Assembly: GCA_963675295.2 (NCBI GenBank) | Contig: CAXXKJ010000002.1 | Location: 1,984,001 to 2,048,000 of the forward strand | Direction of reading: 5' to 3' | DNA: 64,000 nt | From: a bacterium | GTDB lineage: Bacteria; Electryoneota; Electryoneia; Electryoneales; Electryoneaceae | In this document: positions 61,145 through 64,000 of the stretch, one piece after another | Layout of the letters: each line of letters opens with the position of its first letter | Numbering within the stretch: position 1 is the stretch's first letter | Translations under genes and position numbers: made by a program | Notes under the pieces: model-generated | What the model was told of the DNA's origin: nothing | What the model saw: only the letters and a program-made list of their open reading frames with translations | The model's database searches: none

Positions 61145-62650
61145 GTGGCGACAGATAACCCGGCAGCCAAACCAAAACAAGGTGTGATCAAACAGCTTGG
61201 GAGTTTGGACAGAAATTTCTGGATTGTAAACTGGCTGGAAGCGAACGAACGACTTGCATTCTTCGGATCACGTGCAATCCTGCCTCTCTATATGGTGTAC
61301 GCGATTGCCGAGAGTGGTCTCGGGCTTTCCTTTACGGAAAAGGGGATCATCTTCTCGATCTGGGCGTTGGTTCAGACGCTGATCCCGATGGTGTCCGGTG
61401 GGTTCACGGACCAGTACGGCTACAAGAAAAGTCTCTACATCGCTTACACCATCAATATTGCCGGGTACCTGATGTTTGCCTTTGCGCCGAGTATGCCGAT
61501 TCCGGCGTTCTGGGCGACATTGATCGCGGCGTGCCTGGTTGGGTTGGGGACAGCGATCTTCAAGCCACCAGTGCAGGGCACCATCGCGAAGCAGACGACC
61601 AACGAAAACAGCTCGGTAGCATGGGGCTTCTTTTACTGGATGGTCAATGTCGGCGGATTCCTTGCCCCGATGGCTGCCGCAATGCTGCGTGGTGAAACGA
61701 ACTGGCAGCTGGTGTTCCTTTGCGCCGCAGGTGTGACTGCGTTCAACTTTGTTCCGACCTTCTTCTTCTACCGTGAACCGGACATTGATCCGAACAAGGA
61801 GAAGAAAACGGTTGGTGAGACCTTCCTCGAAACCATCACCACGCTGAAGGACAAGAACTTCCTCATCTTCCTGCTCATTTTCTCGGGGTTCTGGTTCATG
61901 TTCATGCAGCTATGGGACTTGCTGCCGAACTTCATCGACGAGTGGGTCGACAGCCAGGCAATGGGTGCCTTCCTTGCCAATATCAATGAGGGATGGGTGT
62001 TGGAAAGCGGGATGGTGAAGCCGGAGATGATCATCAACATCGACGCGGCGGCGATCATCCTGTTCATGATCCCGATTGCGTGGCTGACTGGTAAATTCCA
62101 CCCGATGGTGGCGTTGATCGGTGGCATGGTGATCAGCTTGGTCGGGTTCTTTGGATCGGGCTTCTTCAACACTGGCTGGATGGTGTCGCTGTTTATCTTC
62201 ATCTTTGCGATAGGCGAAATGGCCTGCAGTCCGAAATTCAGTGAGTACATCGGTCTCACTGCACCACCGGACAAAAAGGCGCTGTACATGGGGTATTCGA
62301 ATATCCCCTTCGCGATTGGCTGGTCACTGGGCAATCTGGTCTCCGGTCCGTTGTACGAAACTCTCGGCAGCCAGCAGAACTTCGCCCGCCAGTACATGAT
62401 CGAGAATCTCGGTCTGGCGCGTGACATGGTGGAGTCGATTGAACCGACGGCGTTGATGACGACGCTGGCGTCTCACATGCCAGGCAATCCTACGGTGCTG
62501 GAAGCTTCGAACGTACTTTGGAATCAGTACCACCCGTGGTATGTGTGGTCGGTGTTGACCGGTATCGGTTTCCTCTCCACGGCAGGCATGGTGCTGTACT
62601 ACATCAAGACGCGCAAGACGGGGATCTCGTCGGTGCATCAGCCGTCGTAA
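61145..62650 (+). CDS. MFS transporter, POT/PTR (peptide:H+ symporter)-like
   Basis: E..ERLAFFG (ExxER-like motif), GGFTDQYGYK, FKPP, FYWMVNVGG, GEM.CSP; about 12 TMs; GGAGG SD before GTG 61145. Confidence 0.85.
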   Translation: MATDNPAAKPKQGVIKQLGSLDRNFWIVNWLEANERLAFFGSRAILPLYMVYAIAESGLGLSFTEKGIIFSIWALVQTLIPMVSGGFTDQYGYKKSLYIAYTINIAGYLMFAFAPSMPIPAFWATLIAACLVGLGTAIFKPPVQGTIAKQTTNENSSVAWGFFYWMVNVGGFLAPMAAAMLRGETNWQLVFLCAAGVTAFNFVPTFFFYREPDIDPNKEKKTVGETFLETITTLKDKNFLIFLLIFSGFWFMFMQLWDLLPNFIDEWVDSQAMGAFLANINEGWVLESGMVKPEMIINIDAAAIILFMIPIAWLTGKFHPMVALIGGMVISLVGFFGSGFFNTGWMVSLFIFIFAIGEMACSPKFSEYIGLTAPPDKKALYMGYSNIPFAIGWSLGNLVSGPLYETLGSQQNFARQYMIENLGLARDMVESIEPTALMTTLASHMPGNPTVLEASNVLWNQYHPWYVWSVLTGIGFLSTAGMVLYYIKTRKTGISSVHQPS

Positions 62651-62698
62651 CCAGTGCGCGGATGGACGCACACAGCGTTCCAGACACTTGTTGACACG

Positions 62699-62735
62699 AA
62701 AACGCGGACAGCGCTGAGGCGCTGCCCGCGTTTTT
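62699..62735. terminator. Bidirectional terminator
   Basis: AAAACGCGGACAGCGC-tgag-GCGCTGCCCGCGTTTTT between convergent genes. Confidence 0.75.
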
Positions 62736-62804
62736 ATGATGATCAGGACGTCAGATCGCTTGGCGTAGGATACAGGGCCGCGTACTCTGACAACCTGTGG
62801 TTGA

Positions 62805-63245
62805 TCACAGGCTGCCTGGCGACGATTCCCCGTTATCAGCGGGTGTCGCGGGTGCAGGATCCGGCGACTTCCAAATGGTTGACTGGCGGACGGTTTCTTC
62901 TTCGTTCTGGCGTTTGACTCCGATGAACCGTGACGCGAACAGGCCGGCGCCGATCATGAACAGGACGAGCCCGAAGCCGAGCGCTTCGTTATCGTAGCCG
63001 CCGGTGATCGCGAAGATGAGAATCAGTGCAAGGCCGAAGCCGAGCAGCACGAGCGGCCAGGCGAACGGGTACTGCGGGCGCGGCTTTTTGATCGGGACAT
63101 CGTATCCCTTTTCAATCGCGGCCAGTTTGGCTTCGTGGTCGAGTTTGCGGATGCGGTAGAAGCGTTCAAGCAAAAACACGAGCACCACGGCGGTAGCGAT
63201 GATGGACGTGATCGGCACAAGCAGAGCAACGAGCAAATAATCCAT
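62805..63245 (-). CDS. DUF6249-like membrane protein
   Basis: TM, R...KLAAIEKG motif, two further TMs; GGAGG SD before ATG 63245. Confidence 0.75.
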   Translation of the reverse strand: MDYLLVALLVPITSIIATAVVLVFLLERFYRIRKLDHEAKLAAIEKGYDVPIKKPRPQYPFAWPLVLLGFGLALILIFAITGGYDNEALGFGLVLFMIGAGLFASRFIGVKRQNEEETVRQSTIWKSPDPAPATPADNGESSPGSL

Positions 63246-63293
63246 TTCCGTGTCCTCCAGACTGGGACGGGTTGTTCTTCGTTTCGCCCATAG

Positions 63294-63319
63294 GACGATG
63301 CAGCGTGAATTCAGGTTAC
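63294..63319 (-). promoter_or_regulatory. ECF-sigma promoter for the DUF6249-like gene
   Basis: GTAACC-N16-CGTC on the minus strand, about 50 nt before the ATG. Confidence 0.65.
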
Positions 63320-63371
63320 TCAGCGATAAAACCGGGGAGCCAGAGGTAGCTCCCCCGGGTGGAGCCGGGTT

Positions 63372-63397
63372 GTAACCGTGGGAGAGAGTTTGTCGTC
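63372..63397 (+). promoter_or_regulatory. Autoregulatory ECF-sigma promoter
   Basis: GTAACC-N16-CGTC on the plus strand upstream of the sigma gene. Confidence 0.6.
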
Positions 63398-63554
63398 CCA
63401 CGGGTGAATGCAAAACATCCGGGTGCAGGTTGACCCGGAGAACGAGGGTCCTGGCATGTCGATGGGCAGAACGAGCGCGAGCGTTTCGTACTTTGCCTCG
63501 GGGACGACGGCGGGCGAAGCTGTATTACGCCGCCCCGTCACGCACCGGAGGGAA

Positions 63555-64000
63555 GTGCCGCTGGACGAGGATCTGCTCATACGAAAGGCCCGTTCCGGCA
63601 ACCAGGAAGCGTTTACGCGCCTGGTTGACCAGCATGCGCCTGTCATCTGGACGGTGATCAACCGGATGACGGGTGATGCGGAACTGGCAAAGGACTTGTT
63701 CCAGGAGACGGTGATCCGTTTCTGGAAGGGGCTGTCCGGTTTCCAGGGCGCGAGCAAGCTGTCGACGTGGCTGTACCGGATCGCGTACCGTGTGTGTCTC
63801 GATTCGCTCGATTCGGCGAACACACGGATGATGACCAGCCTGGACGAGCGAGTCGAGGCGACAGGCTTTGAAGTTGACGATGAATCCCGGTCGGGACACA
63901 AGTTCGAGGATCAGATTGCCGCGACTGATGCGGTGAGCAAGGCGATGAACCGGTTGCGTCCCGAGTGGAAGATGATGGTGATGATGTATTATTGGCGTGA
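63555..64000 (+). CDS. ECF RNA polymerase sigma factor (3' truncated by the window edge)
   Basis: My translation: MPLDEDLLIRKARSGNQEAFTRLVDQHAPVIWTVINRMTGDAELAKDLFQETVIRFWKGLSGFQGASKLSTWLYRIAYRVCLD...; GGAGG SD; absent from the ORF track. Confidence 0.9.
   Translation, partial: MPLDEDLLIRKARSGNQEAFTRLVDQHAPVIWTVINRMTGDAELAKDLFQETVIRFWKGLSGFQGASKLSTWLYRIAYRVCLDSLDSANTRMMTSLDERVEATGFEVDDESRSGHKFEDQIAATDAVSKAMNRLRPEWKMMVMMYYWR

Overview
This is a GC-rich (roughly 60-65% by eye) bacterial chromosome segment made up mostly of housekeeping genes. Several markers suggest an FCB-superphylum organism, probably a candidate-phylum lineage (inference): acpP-fabF-rnc order, bactofilin/AtpZ ahead of atpB, an insertion in AtpD, a 'WPNPFNP' C-terminal sorting domain, and DUF6249 divergent from an ECF sigma. 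Gene order: dihydroorotase, OM beta-barrel, thrS, membrane bactofilin-like protein, Thr dehydrogenase-like SDR, yceD-rpmF-plsX-fabH-fabD-fabG-acpP-fabF-rnc, acyl-CoA dehydrogenase, asd, GlnE-like adenylyltransferase, a large secreted protein, an RsbV/RsbU/RsbW-type module, rlmB, MarR/DUF1330, M23-bactofilin-atpZ-atpI-atpBEFHAGDC, hydrolases, polA, S8 protease, USP, queuosine-precursor transporter, RlmD-like methylase, M42 peptidase, hsp20-lon, tilS-ftsH-folP-accD, an MFS transporter, and DUF6249 plus a truncated ECF sigma. I saw no rRNA, tRNA, CRISPR array, intact transposase or prophage. The most interesting signals are non-coding: (i) a structured ~150-nt element at 2408-2562 resembling an orphan IS110-type non-coding end (possible bridge-RNA locus); (ii) identical back-to-back GTAACC-N16-CGTC ECF-type promoters, with a third copy at 4657; (iii) several REP-like hairpin families with compensatory substitutions; (iv) heptamer arrays sitting just behind stop codons; (v) a recurring TTGnnn-N17-TAnnTT promoter, predicting leaderless mRNAs for two genes. 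I cannot establish a clearly new multi-gene system from the sequence alone.
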